A stretch of DNA of 64,000 nucleotides, taken from assembly GCA_047638115.1 (NCBI GenBank), contig JBLJBB010000048.1:8606-72605 (forward strand). The letters run 5' to 3'. Every line of letters starts with the position of its first letter. Position 1 is the first letter of the stretch. The position numbers and the translations under genes are program-made. Shown here in pieces: positions 53,185 through 62,300 of the stretch. The stretch is from Bacteroidales bacterium. Lineage in GTDB: Bacteria; Bacteroidota; Bacteroidia; Bacteroidales; WCHB1-69. The notes beneath the pieces were generated by a model. The model had not been told where the DNA came from. It was given only the letters and a program-made list of their open reading frames with translations, and searched no databases.

Positions 53185-55791
53185 TTACTTCTTTTTCGTG
53201 AGCAAACTTTTAATATCGTTAAGCTTCATCAGTGCTTCGACAGGAGTTAAAGTGTTGATGTCGATATCCATGATTTGATCTTTGATGTCTAACAACAATG
53301 GATCATCTAAAGCGATGAAACTTAACTGGTAGCCGGGATCTTTTTTGAGAGATTTTGTAGTTTTGTGATCTTTGGGAGCCCTGGTACTTTCAAGAGTTTG
53401 TAAAACCTCCTCTGCTCTATGAAGAACTTGGTAAGGCATTCCAGCCATACGAGCCACATGAATACCAAAGCTGTGCTCGCTTCCTCCAGGTTCTAACTTT
53501 CTGAGAAAAAGAACTTTGTTATTCATCTCCTTGACGGCAACATGGTAATTTTTAATTCTTGGAAACTGTTCAGCCATGTTGTTCAATTCATGATAGTGCG
53601 TTGCAAAAAGTACTTTTGCTTTAAAATTTCTATGTTCGTGAAGATATTCAGCGATAGACCAAGCAATGGAAACTCCATCGTAAGTACTTGTTCCTCTTCC
53701 AATTTCGTCAAGTAAAATTAAACTTCTATCAGAGATATTATTTAAGATACTTGCTGTTTCATTCATTTCAACCATAAATGTTGACTCTCCTGTACTTATG
53801 TTATCGGAAGCACCTACACGTGTAAAAATTTTATCCACGATGGAGATATGTGCCTCTTCGGCCGGAACAAAACAACCCATTTGGGCCATGAGAACGATCA
53901 AAGCTGTTTGACGAAGTAGGGCAGATTTTCCGGACATGTTTGGCCCAGTAATGATGATAATTTGTTGGTGTTCATTATCCAAATACACATCATTAGCAAT
54001 ATATTTTTCACCAGGAGGAAGATTTTTTTCAATAACTGGGTGTCTTCCATTTTTAATTTTGATCGCAGACCCCTCTTCAAAGATTGGTTTGGTGTAGTTG
54101 TTTTCAGATGAAACCACAGAAAAACACAACAACACATCCAAACGAGCGATTAATCTTGCATTTAACTGGATCATAGGAATATAATCTAACATACTAATGA
54201 TGAGGTCATTCAATAGTTTTGTTTCTATGTCTAGTATTTTATCTTCAGCACCTAAGATTTTGGTTTCTAACTCTTTAAGTTCTTCTGTAATATATCTTTC
54301 TCCGCTAGTAAGTGTTTGTTTTCGGATCCAAGTGTCGGGAACTCTGTTTTTATGGGTGTTGGTAACTTCAAGATAGTAACCAAAAACGTTATTAAACCCA
54401 ATTTTTAAAGAATTTATTCCAGTATTGATCGCTTCACGTTGCTGAATGTTTGCCAAAATGGTTTTACTGTTTGTAGCCAAAGAATTTAACTCATCGAGTG
54501 TTTCATCAACACCAGATTGGAACACTCTCCCTTTATTGACGGCAATGGGGGCATCTTCTAGTATTTCTGTTTCAATTTTGTGGCAGAGAGAAATAATTGG
54601 ATTTAATTGATCAGCAATTTTAATCAGTTCTTTAAGGTTTACTGATTTACACTCTTTTTGAAGTGCTTCAACAGCTCTTAAAGAGCGTGCTAATTGTAAA
54701 ATCTCACGAGGATTTATTTTTGAAGTTGCAATTTTTGAAACCAATCTTTCTAAATCGCCAATATGTTTGATGATTTGAAGTAAATTTTTTGAAAGTTCTT
54801 CATTTTCAATGAAATATTTAACGATGGCTAATCGCTCTTCAATCATCACTTTTTCTTTTAAGGGGAGCACTAACCATTTTCTAAGCATTCTAGAACCCAT
54901 GGGGGTTAGTGTTTTATCTAAGATTTGAAGTAAAGTTACAGCATTTTCATTCGAAGAATGTATCAATTCCAAATTTCGAACTGTAAATCGGTCTAACCAA
55001 ACATAATGTTCCTCTTCAATCCTATTTAGTTTGTTAATATGCTGAATTTTATGGTGTTGTGTTTCATACAAATAGTGTAATGCAGCACCAGCAGCAATAG
55101 TTCCAAGAGTTAGATCTTCAACGCCAAAACCTTTAAGGGTATTTGTTTGGAAATGTTTAGTTAACAATTCATAAGTGAAGTCTGTTGTAAAAACCCAATC
55201 TTCAAAAGTGGTCAATAATATTTTATTTCCAAATTGTTCTTTAAAAAAAGGCACCTTACTTTTTAGAATAACAATTTCAGAGGGTTTAAAGTTTTGAAGT
55301 AGTTTGTCAATATATTCGAGATTTCCTTCTGCAACATAAAACTCACCGGTTGAGATATCAACAAAAGCAATTCCACTAGTTTTTTCACCAAGATAGATAG
55401 ATGCAAGAAAGTTATTCTCTTTTTGATTCAGTACTTTATCATTCATCGAAACACCAGGCGTAACCAATTCAGTAACGCCACGTTTTACAATGGTTTTTGT
55501 TAATTTTGGATCTTCTAATTGTTCACAAATAGCAACTCTGTAGCCAGCACGCACTAGTTTAGGAAGATAAAGATCCACAGAATGATGAGGAAATCCAGCT
55601 AATTCAATAAATTGTGCTGCTCCATTCGCTCTTTTGGTAAGAACAATCCCAAGAACCTGCGAGGTTTTGATGGCATCCTCTCCAAATGTTTCATAAAAAT
55701 CTCCAATTCTGAAAAGTAAAATTGCATCAGGGTGTTTTGATTTGAACTGATTATACTGTTTCATTAAAGGGGTTTCCGCATGTTTAGTCAT
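53185..55791 (-). CDS. mutS: DNA mismatch repair protein MutS
   Basis: TPLMKQYNQFK start, GPNMSGKS Walker A, DEIGRGTSTYDG. Start set at Met15 of the tracked ORF (MTKHAETPLMKQY). Confidence 0.93.
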   Translation of the reverse strand: MTKHAETPLMKQYNQFKSKHPDAILLFRIGDFYETFGEDAIKTSQVLGIVLTKRANGAAQFIELAGFPHHSVDLYLPKLVRAGYRVAICEQLEDPKLTKTIVKRGVTELVTPGVSMNDKVLNQKENNFLASIYLGEKTSGIAFVDISTGEFYVAEGNLEYIDKLLQNFKPSEIVILKSKVPFFKEQFGNKILLTTFEDWVFTTDFTYELLTKHFQTNTLKGFGVEDLTLGTIAAGAALHYLYETQHHKIQHINKLNRIEEEHYVWLDRFTVRNLELIHSSNENAVTLLQILDKTLTPMGSRMLRKWLVLPLKEKVMIEERLAIVKYFIENEELSKNLLQIIKHIGDLERLVSKIATSKINPREILQLARSLRAVEALQKECKSVNLKELIKIADQLNPIISLCHKIETEILEDAPIAVNKGRVFQSGVDETLDELNSLATNSKTILANIQQREAINTGINSLKIGFNNVFGYYLEVTNTHKNRVPDTWIRKQTLTSGERYITEELKELETKILGAEDKILDIETKLLNDLIISMLDYIPMIQLNARLIARLDVLLCFSVVSSENNYTKPIFEEGSAIKIKNGRHPVIEKNLPPGEKYIANDVYLDNEHQQIIIITGPNMSGKSALLRQTALIVLMAQMGCFVPAEEAHISIVDKIFTRVGASDNISTGESTFMVEMNETASILNNISDRSLILLDEIGRGTSTYDGVSIAWSIAEYLHEHRNFKAKVLFATHYHELNNMAEQFPRIKNYHVAVKEMNNKVLFLRKLEPGGSEHSFGIHVARMAGMPYQVLHRAEEVLQTLESTRAPKDHKTTKSLKKDPGYQLSFIALDDPLLLDIKDQIMDIDINTLTPVEALMKLNDIKSLLTKKK

Positions 55792-55871
55792 GGAGTAAAA
55801 TTCGTTTAAAGATGAACCATTTGATCTATTCAAAAATGGGAATGCAAATATAAGAAAAAATAGGAAGAATT

Positions 55872-57230
55872 TTAAGGGTACATTAACAAATATGCTTCAT
55901 ATCTTTCCACAACTTCATTTGCATATTTTACAGCATGTTTTCCAGGGAAAAATCCAGATTTTACGACAGGATCGTTAGCATATTCACTTTTCGATTTTAA
56001 TATTAAATATTTTGAAACGAAATCCCATTGTGTTGAGTTTTCTAAATATTTTTCACACAATCTTTGAGCATCCAGAACATGTCCACGGCCAGCATTATAT
56101 GAAGCAGCAATAAAGTGGTATTGTTCAATTTTATTGGTAATATTTTGAAAACTTTTTGCTATCAAAGATATATATTTTATTCCTGCTGCTATGTGTTCTT
56201 CATCGGACGAAAATTCATTGATCCCAAAGTGTTCCATTGTTTCTGGCATGAGTTGCATTAATCCAAAACTACCACCTAATCCGACTAATCCATTTTGAAA
56301 TTTACTTTCTTGAAAGATGATGGATGCTGCAAATCTCCAATCCACATTATATATTGATGCATATTTTTTAATAATATGATCATAGGTGGAAATAGAATTG
56401 CGAGTTGATTTTGTAAAAGATCCACTAATAACAGCTGAATGGGGAGAAAAATACTTTTTAATAAGATGAGTGTACTTTTTTGTTTTAGAAAAGGTTGCAA
56501 TCCAATTGTTTATCTCTTGATTTAATTCATTGTTTTTTTTATTTAAAACCCAACTTCTTTCATAAGTTGGACCTGCGGATTCAATAATTTTTAAAGTGGA
56601 ATAAAATGGTAACAGAGTAACAGCTAAATGATAATCACAAACCATATAGTCAATTTTTTTGTCTTGAATAAGATCAAATAGTTCTTCACTATTGTTCTCT
56701 TTTTGAAAAACCAAATTAAAATTTTTCTGTTTAAGCTCTTCTGTAGAGATGAAATGATGGTAGTAGTTGGGTACAAAAACTTTTTTATCAACACTATCCA
56801 TTACTTTGACCTCTTTTCTGGTAATAAGTACAGGATAAGTAAAGGAATGAGGATAGGAGAAAGTCACTAATGGGGCAACGATACCAGACCTTCTAAAGTC
56901 TAAAGCTATAATATCATATTGATCTTTAAACACTTCAGTATAAACGGAGTCAAAATTTGACATTACCTTAATATCTATCGGTTTTCCAATTGCCTTTTTC
57001 AGTTCTTTGAGTAGTTCATATTGAAAACCGATGGGGGTTCCTTTGTAGATAAAATAGTCAGAAGCATGAAAAGTTAATAGGACTTTGAGAGTATCTTTTT
57101 CATGTGAAAAAAAAGCAACTGTCTCATTTTCATTTTTTTTAATCTCAAAAGGACTCCAGAAAAACTGAATTATTAAAATAATAATTGCGGAAACAATTAT
57201 AAAAAGGTAAGAAGACAAGAATCTCTTCAA
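55872..57230 (-). CDS. MltF-like lytic transglycosylase (solute-binding-like domain + SLT domain)
   Basis: N-terminal TM, SBP_bac_3-like half, SLT motif ESKFQN...GLMQLMPET. Confidence 0.75.
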   Translation of the reverse strand: MKRFLSSYLFIIVSAIIILIIQFFWSPFEIKKNENETVAFFSHEKDTLKVLLTFHASDYFIYKGTPIGFQYELLKELKKAIGKPIDIKVMSNFDSVYTEVFKDQYDIIALDFRRSGIVAPLVTFSYPHSFTYPVLITRKEVKVMDSVDKKVFVPNYYHHFISTEELKQKNFNLVFQKENNSEELFDLIQDKKIDYMVCDYHLAVTLLPFYSTLKIIESAGPTYERSWVLNKKNNELNQEINNWIATFSKTKKYTHLIKKYFSPHSAVISGSFTKSTRNSISTYDHIIKKYASIYNVDWRFAASIIFQESKFQNGLVGLGGSFGLMQLMPETMEHFGINEFSSDEEHIAAGIKYISLIAKSFQNITNKIEQYHFIAASYNAGRGHVLDAQRLCEKYLENSTQWDFVSKYLILKSKSEYANDPVVKSGFFPGKHAVKYANEVVERYEAYLLMYP

Positions 57231-57263
57231 AACCGAGTATTTTGGTTAATAATATATGATGAA

Positions 57264-57647
57264 CTATTGTTGTTCTATCATCAAAATCGTTTTCTCAACT
57301 AATTGATCTGGCATAAGTTTTATTTGTCCAGCACCAATATAAGTACGAGTTACACCATCTTCAATATATGTGTATGTGGTAGTTATGTCAAGGAGAGCTT
57401 CATATTGAAATGTGTATTTAAAAGCACCTGTAGCATCTGTTAATCCAGTTGCTTGTGCAAATGGGGCGTAGTTGTCTTTCCCAATAGTAACCGTTGCTCC
57501 AACAATCACAGCACCAGTATCAATCCCTGTTTCAGAAAAATTACAAATTACTTTTACAGGATATGTAACCTCTTTCTCACAACGAGAAAATAGAAAAATT
57601 AATACGGCTGCAATAACAATAGGAATAAAAACAAAATACTTTTTCAT
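57264..57647 (-). CDS. Small lipoprotein, function unknown
   Basis: Signal peptide with Cys (LFSRC), beta-rich, 127 aa. Confidence 0.5.
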   Translation of the reverse strand: MKKYFVFIPIVIAAVLIFLFSRCEKEVTYPVKVICNFSETGIDTGAVIVGATVTIGKDNYAPFAQATGLTDATGAFKYTFQYEALLDITTTYTYIEDGVTRTYIGAGQIKLMPDQLVEKTILMIEQQ

Positions 57648-57720
57648 GTTCTACTAATTTAGAATGCAAAAATATAAAAAATCTTTTATTATAATACTAA
57701 TATTAAGTGAAAAAAAATAT

Positions 57721-57728
57721 TATTTTTG
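57721..57728 (+). promoter_or_regulatory. -7 box upstream of dprA
   Basis: tatttttg, 22 nt upstream of the ATG at 57750. Confidence 0.45.
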
Positions 57729-57749
57729 CGTTACTAAAAAACTACTACA

Positions 57750-58856
57750 ATGCTCGACGAACTTTATTACAGATTAGCTTTAAATTTTACCCCCCATCTA
57801 AGTAATTTTAACATTAAAAAACTGATTCAATACTACGAATCTGCAGCAGAGGTTTTTAATCCAAATAACAAAAAGCCCCATATCTCAAACAAAGTTACAT
57901 TTAAACATCCATTTCCAAAGATTGATAATAGCATCGATGGATTAGTTAAAAAAGAGTTAGAGATTATACAAAAAAAATCGATACAAGTTTGTTTTTTTGA
58001 TCAACCAGACTATCCAACACGATTAAGAAGTTGTTCAAATGCCCCCAATATTTTTTACTATAAAGGAGATGGTGTTTTTAATCATTCCAAGATGTTATCA
58101 ATTATTGGAACTAGAAATGCATCATCTTACGGGGCGGATGTAGTGCATAAAATTATTTCTGAAATAGCATCAGATGATATAGTAATTGTAAGTGGTTTAG
58201 CTTCAGGAATTGACACTTTAGCACATGAAGCTGCTTTGCATTATGGATTAAAAACCATAGGTGTTATGGGGTCAGGATTTAGTAGAGTTTATCCTGATTC
58301 AAATATAAAGTTGGTAAAAAAAATGATTGAATCAGGAAGTACTGTAATGACGGAGTACAATTATGAAGTCAAACCAGATCGGGTTAATTTTCCTATAAGA
58401 AATAGAATTATTGCCAGCATATCTGATGCAACGTTAGTTGTGGAGTCTAAAAACAGAGGGGGAAGTATTATTACAGCAGAAATGGCACACACATTTAACC
58501 GTGATGTATTTGCAATACCTGGATCCATTTTTGATGAAAATCAAGAGGGTTGTCATGAATTGATTGCTCAAAAAAAAGCTTCAATCATAACTTCAGGGGA
58601 GGAGATGTTAAAAAAAATGGGATGGAATTCAACGCAACCGCAGTGGGTGCAACCGAAATTGTTTTATGATTTTTCAGAAGATGAAGAGTTTGTATATAAG
58701 TTATTAAAGAGTATTCCACAAATGACGATTGATGAACTTGTTGCTCTTTGTCCATTGTTTACACCCTCAAAAATTGCATCTATACTATTGGGTTTAGAGT
58801 TTAATGGAATTATTGAATGTAAACCAGGGAAAGTGTATCGAATAATTCGAAAATAA
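57750..58856 (+). CDS. dprA: DNA-processing protein DprA (Smf)
   Basis: IIGTRNASSYG, VSGLASGIDTLAHEAAL, GGSIITAE Rossmann-like DprA core, C-terminal wHTH. Confidence 0.9.
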   Translation: MLDELYYRLALNFTPHLSNFNIKKLIQYYESAAEVFNPNNKKPHISNKVTFKHPFPKIDNSIDGLVKKELEIIQKKSIQVCFFDQPDYPTRLRSCSNAPNIFYYKGDGVFNHSKMLSIIGTRNASSYGADVVHKIISEIASDDIVIVSGLASGIDTLAHEAALHYGLKTIGVMGSGFSRVYPDSNIKLVKKMIESGSTVMTEYNYEVKPDRVNFPIRNRIIASISDATLVVESKNRGGSIITAEMAHTFNRDVFAIPGSIFDENQEGCHELIAQKKASIITSGEEMLKKMGWNSTQPQWVQPKLFYDFSEDEEFVYKLLKSIPQMTIDELVALCPLFTPSKIASILLGLEFNGIIECKPGKVYRIIRK

Positions 58857-59352
58857 TATCAGTGTCGGGGATCATAGGTTTATTGCCAAAAGAAAACAAG
58901 GAGGGAATGCGAGATGTTAAAGGGAGGACTCCCCGACGACCTGATAGGTAACAAAGATAGTTTCAAAAAAGTGTAAAAAAACGTGTGTAAAGAATTTTGA
59001 AAAAACATTTATTAATTTTATGAACACAATTGTGAAAATCAAGTAGATAAAATTTAAAAACAGATATAAAATAGGAAATAGCAATCCATAAATTTTGTTA
59101 AAAAATGGCACTAAAAAGTTGAATAGTGTTAAAAAAAATCTACAAAAATGAAGAAAAATAAACTTTTTTTTCTTGAGTGTATAAAATATTGAAATTGTTT
59201 TGTATATTTGTCCACTTATCATATAATATGTTGGAAAAGGTTTTTAACATAGGTGTGTAGTGTTAATGTATTATAAATCAACAACATAAAAGTTGTAAAA
59301 AAATAGAATTTAAAAAATTAAAAACAATATTATTCACTAAAACATTTCAAAA

Positions 59353-62300
59353 ATGAAAAAAATTGACTTTTTCAAGAGGGCATTTCTTAGTCTAATGCTC
59401 GTTTTTGCTATGGTTTGTACCACTTTTGGGCAAACAACAATAGCATCGTGGAACTTTGATGGATTGACAGCATTGAACACTATTAATGTGATCCCTGCCA
59501 ATACTGGAACAGGAACCATTTATTTAGATGGAACCAATGGTTCATCTTACTGGGATACTACATCTACAAATTTGCAATTAACTGCATTTGGAGGATCACC
59601 AAGTTCGGGAAAAGCTCTTTCAGTTGCGAATAATTCAGCAAATGGTTATAGTGTTGTTATGGTCGTTCCAACAACTGGGTTAGAAAACATTAATATAGCT
59701 TTTAAAACCAGAGGAACTTCTGCAGGGTTTAATACTCATACTTGGGGATATAGTACAGATGGTATTACTTTTACGGATTTAGCTGGAAACAATACTGCTG
59801 TTACATCAAGTACTTTTTTAGTAAAAACTGTTGATTTTTCTTCAATAACAACTATAAATAATTTACCAACTGTTTATATTAGATTGACTGTTAGTGGTGC
59901 AACTGCTGCAAATGGTAATAACAGAATTGATAGTTTAGAAATTACTGGAACTATACCAACAGTAGTATCTAACACTGCAACACCAACATTTACTCTAGCT
60001 TCAGGCGTTTTATATGCACCTGCAATGGTTACACTTGAGTGTGCAACTCCAGCTTCAACTATTTATTATACTATAGATGGAACTACACCAACGATAACCT
60101 CTACTGTTTATACAACTCCAATTGATGTAACTTCAGCAATGACTATTAAAGCGATTGCTGCTGCAACCGGCTTTAACTTAAGTAATGAGGCATCTGCAAC
60201 CTATACATTCCCAATTGAAGTTGCCAATATTGCAGCTTTCAAAGCAGCTAATACTGCTACAAATTCTACTGTTTATAAAATCACAGGTGATCTTACTTTC
60301 GTTCACAGAGCTGGAAGAAACATTTTTGTTAAAGATGCTACTGGTGGTTTATTAATATACGATTTCTCTACACCTGTAATTGCAAACACGTACAACAATG
60401 GAGATATTATCTCTGGTGGAGTTTTTGGAACATACACTTTATACAATGGATTGAGTGAATTAATCCCAACTCAACCAACAGCTGTTGGAACTCCTGGAAC
60501 CCCAGTTCAACCTATAGCAATCACTGTTACTCAACTTTTGAATAACTATGCAACATACGAATCTCAACTTGTTAAATTAAGTGAAGTAACTTTTGCTACT
60601 GGTACATATGGAACGGGTGCAGCTGCTAATATCAATATTTATCAAGGTGTTGATTCTACTGTTTGTAGAAACCATTTTGGAACATTAACAGGTGTTGTTA
60701 CTCCAACCATTCCTCAAGATGTTGTGGGTTTTGCAATCACATTTAATACAACACGTCAAGTTGCTCCAAGAGATGCAGCCGATATCGTTCAACATAGATA
60801 TGCTCCAACCATTGTTACAAATCCAATAGCTGATTTTGGTGCACAAAACCAACCTTTATCATCTGTTGTATTATTAGAAGGTTCTGCGGCATATTTGGGA
60901 ACTCCAGTTCCAGGTACTTTTGCATGGACAACACCCTCAACTATGATTACAGCAACAGGAACCCAAAACTTTAGTGTTACTTTTACTCCTTCAGATACAG
61001 TTTCCTATTTACCAGTAATGTTTGATTTACCTGTAACAGTTCTTACGGCTTGTACTTCTCAAGCTCCTTGGATATATGGTTTTGAAGATGGAACAAACGG
61101 ATCAACTTTAAGTGGATGTTTCTCTCAAGCATATGTTTCTGGATCAAGAAATTGGACATACAATTCAAGTAACACATCTTATAATAGAACACCAAGAACA
61201 GGTTCATTTAACGCAACCTTACAGTATGGTTGTAATACTTGGTTGTTTAGACAATTTTATTTACCTGAAGGTACTTATTCTTTTTCCATGTTTGCTAGAC
61301 AAGATTACGAATCAACATCTCATTCTAATATTACTGTAAAACTTGGAACGGCTAATACAACGGCAGCTATGGATGCAGGTACAATAATTGTACCTGAAAC
61401 AGGTATTACTTGGGGTGATTATCAAAATCTTACAGGATCAATAACCATTACTACAGCCGGAATTTATTCTGTTGGAATCAAAGGTTATATGAATTATTCT
61501 CCTTATTATATTAGTATTGATGATATTTCAATTTTACCAATTGGTGGAGTTGGATGTCAAACTCCATCCGCAATAACTGTGACTAATGTTGGTACCACTA
61601 CTGCCGATGTAGCATGGACTCCAGCAGGAACAGAAACTGCATGGATTTTGAAATATAAAGAGATCTCTGCAACATCATGGACAGTTATTAATGCAACAAC
61701 ACCTTCTTATAGCTTAACTGGATTAAATCCTTCAGCAACTTATGAAGTAAGCGTTAAAGCTTCTTGCGGTGCTAGTCAATATAGTGGTTATATCTCTTCT
61801 ACTTTTGTAACAAAATGTAATCCTTTAGTTGTTTTACCTTATGTTGAAGATTTTGAAGCTGTTGCAGTAAATGGATTCCCATATTGTTTTGAAAAAATTA
61901 CAACTGGGAATGCTTACGTTAAAGTAGTACAAATGACCGGAACCAAAGGTATTGAAATGAGCACAGGTGGTGTAGAAACCAGTATGCTTATTTTACCAAG
62001 CACTCAAGCTTATGTAAATACATTAAGATTAAAATTCAAATATAACGGTGGTGCAAACCATAAATTTAAATTTGGATACATTACAAACATCAATGATGCA
62101 TCAACCTTTGTTCAATTAAAACAAGATAGTTTAACCGTTAATGATTGGTATTATTACGATCTATTTACATCTAATACATTAACTGGAACAGAAAGAATGG
62201 CGATTGTTTTCGATATGGGAAGTGGTTTTAGTGCAAGATTAGATAGTGTTACTTTAATGTCACAACCTGCTTGTTATGAACCTATTAACTTAGCTGTGAC

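Noticed and set aside
33300-53185. Integrase, transposase or IS element that could explain the mosaic accessory region
   Set aside because: I read all tracked ORFs of 60 aa or more on both strands in this span. None shows tyrosine or serine recombinase or DDE transposase motifs. Mobility therefore remains unexplained rather than attributable to a recognisable mobile element.
58917-59222. Tracked minus-strand ORF of 101 aa between dprA and the giant adhesin gene
   Set aside because: The translation is Phe/Leu/Ile/Lys low-complexity, typical of random ORFs in AT-rich DNA. The region more plausibly holds the promoter and leader of the 59353 gene.
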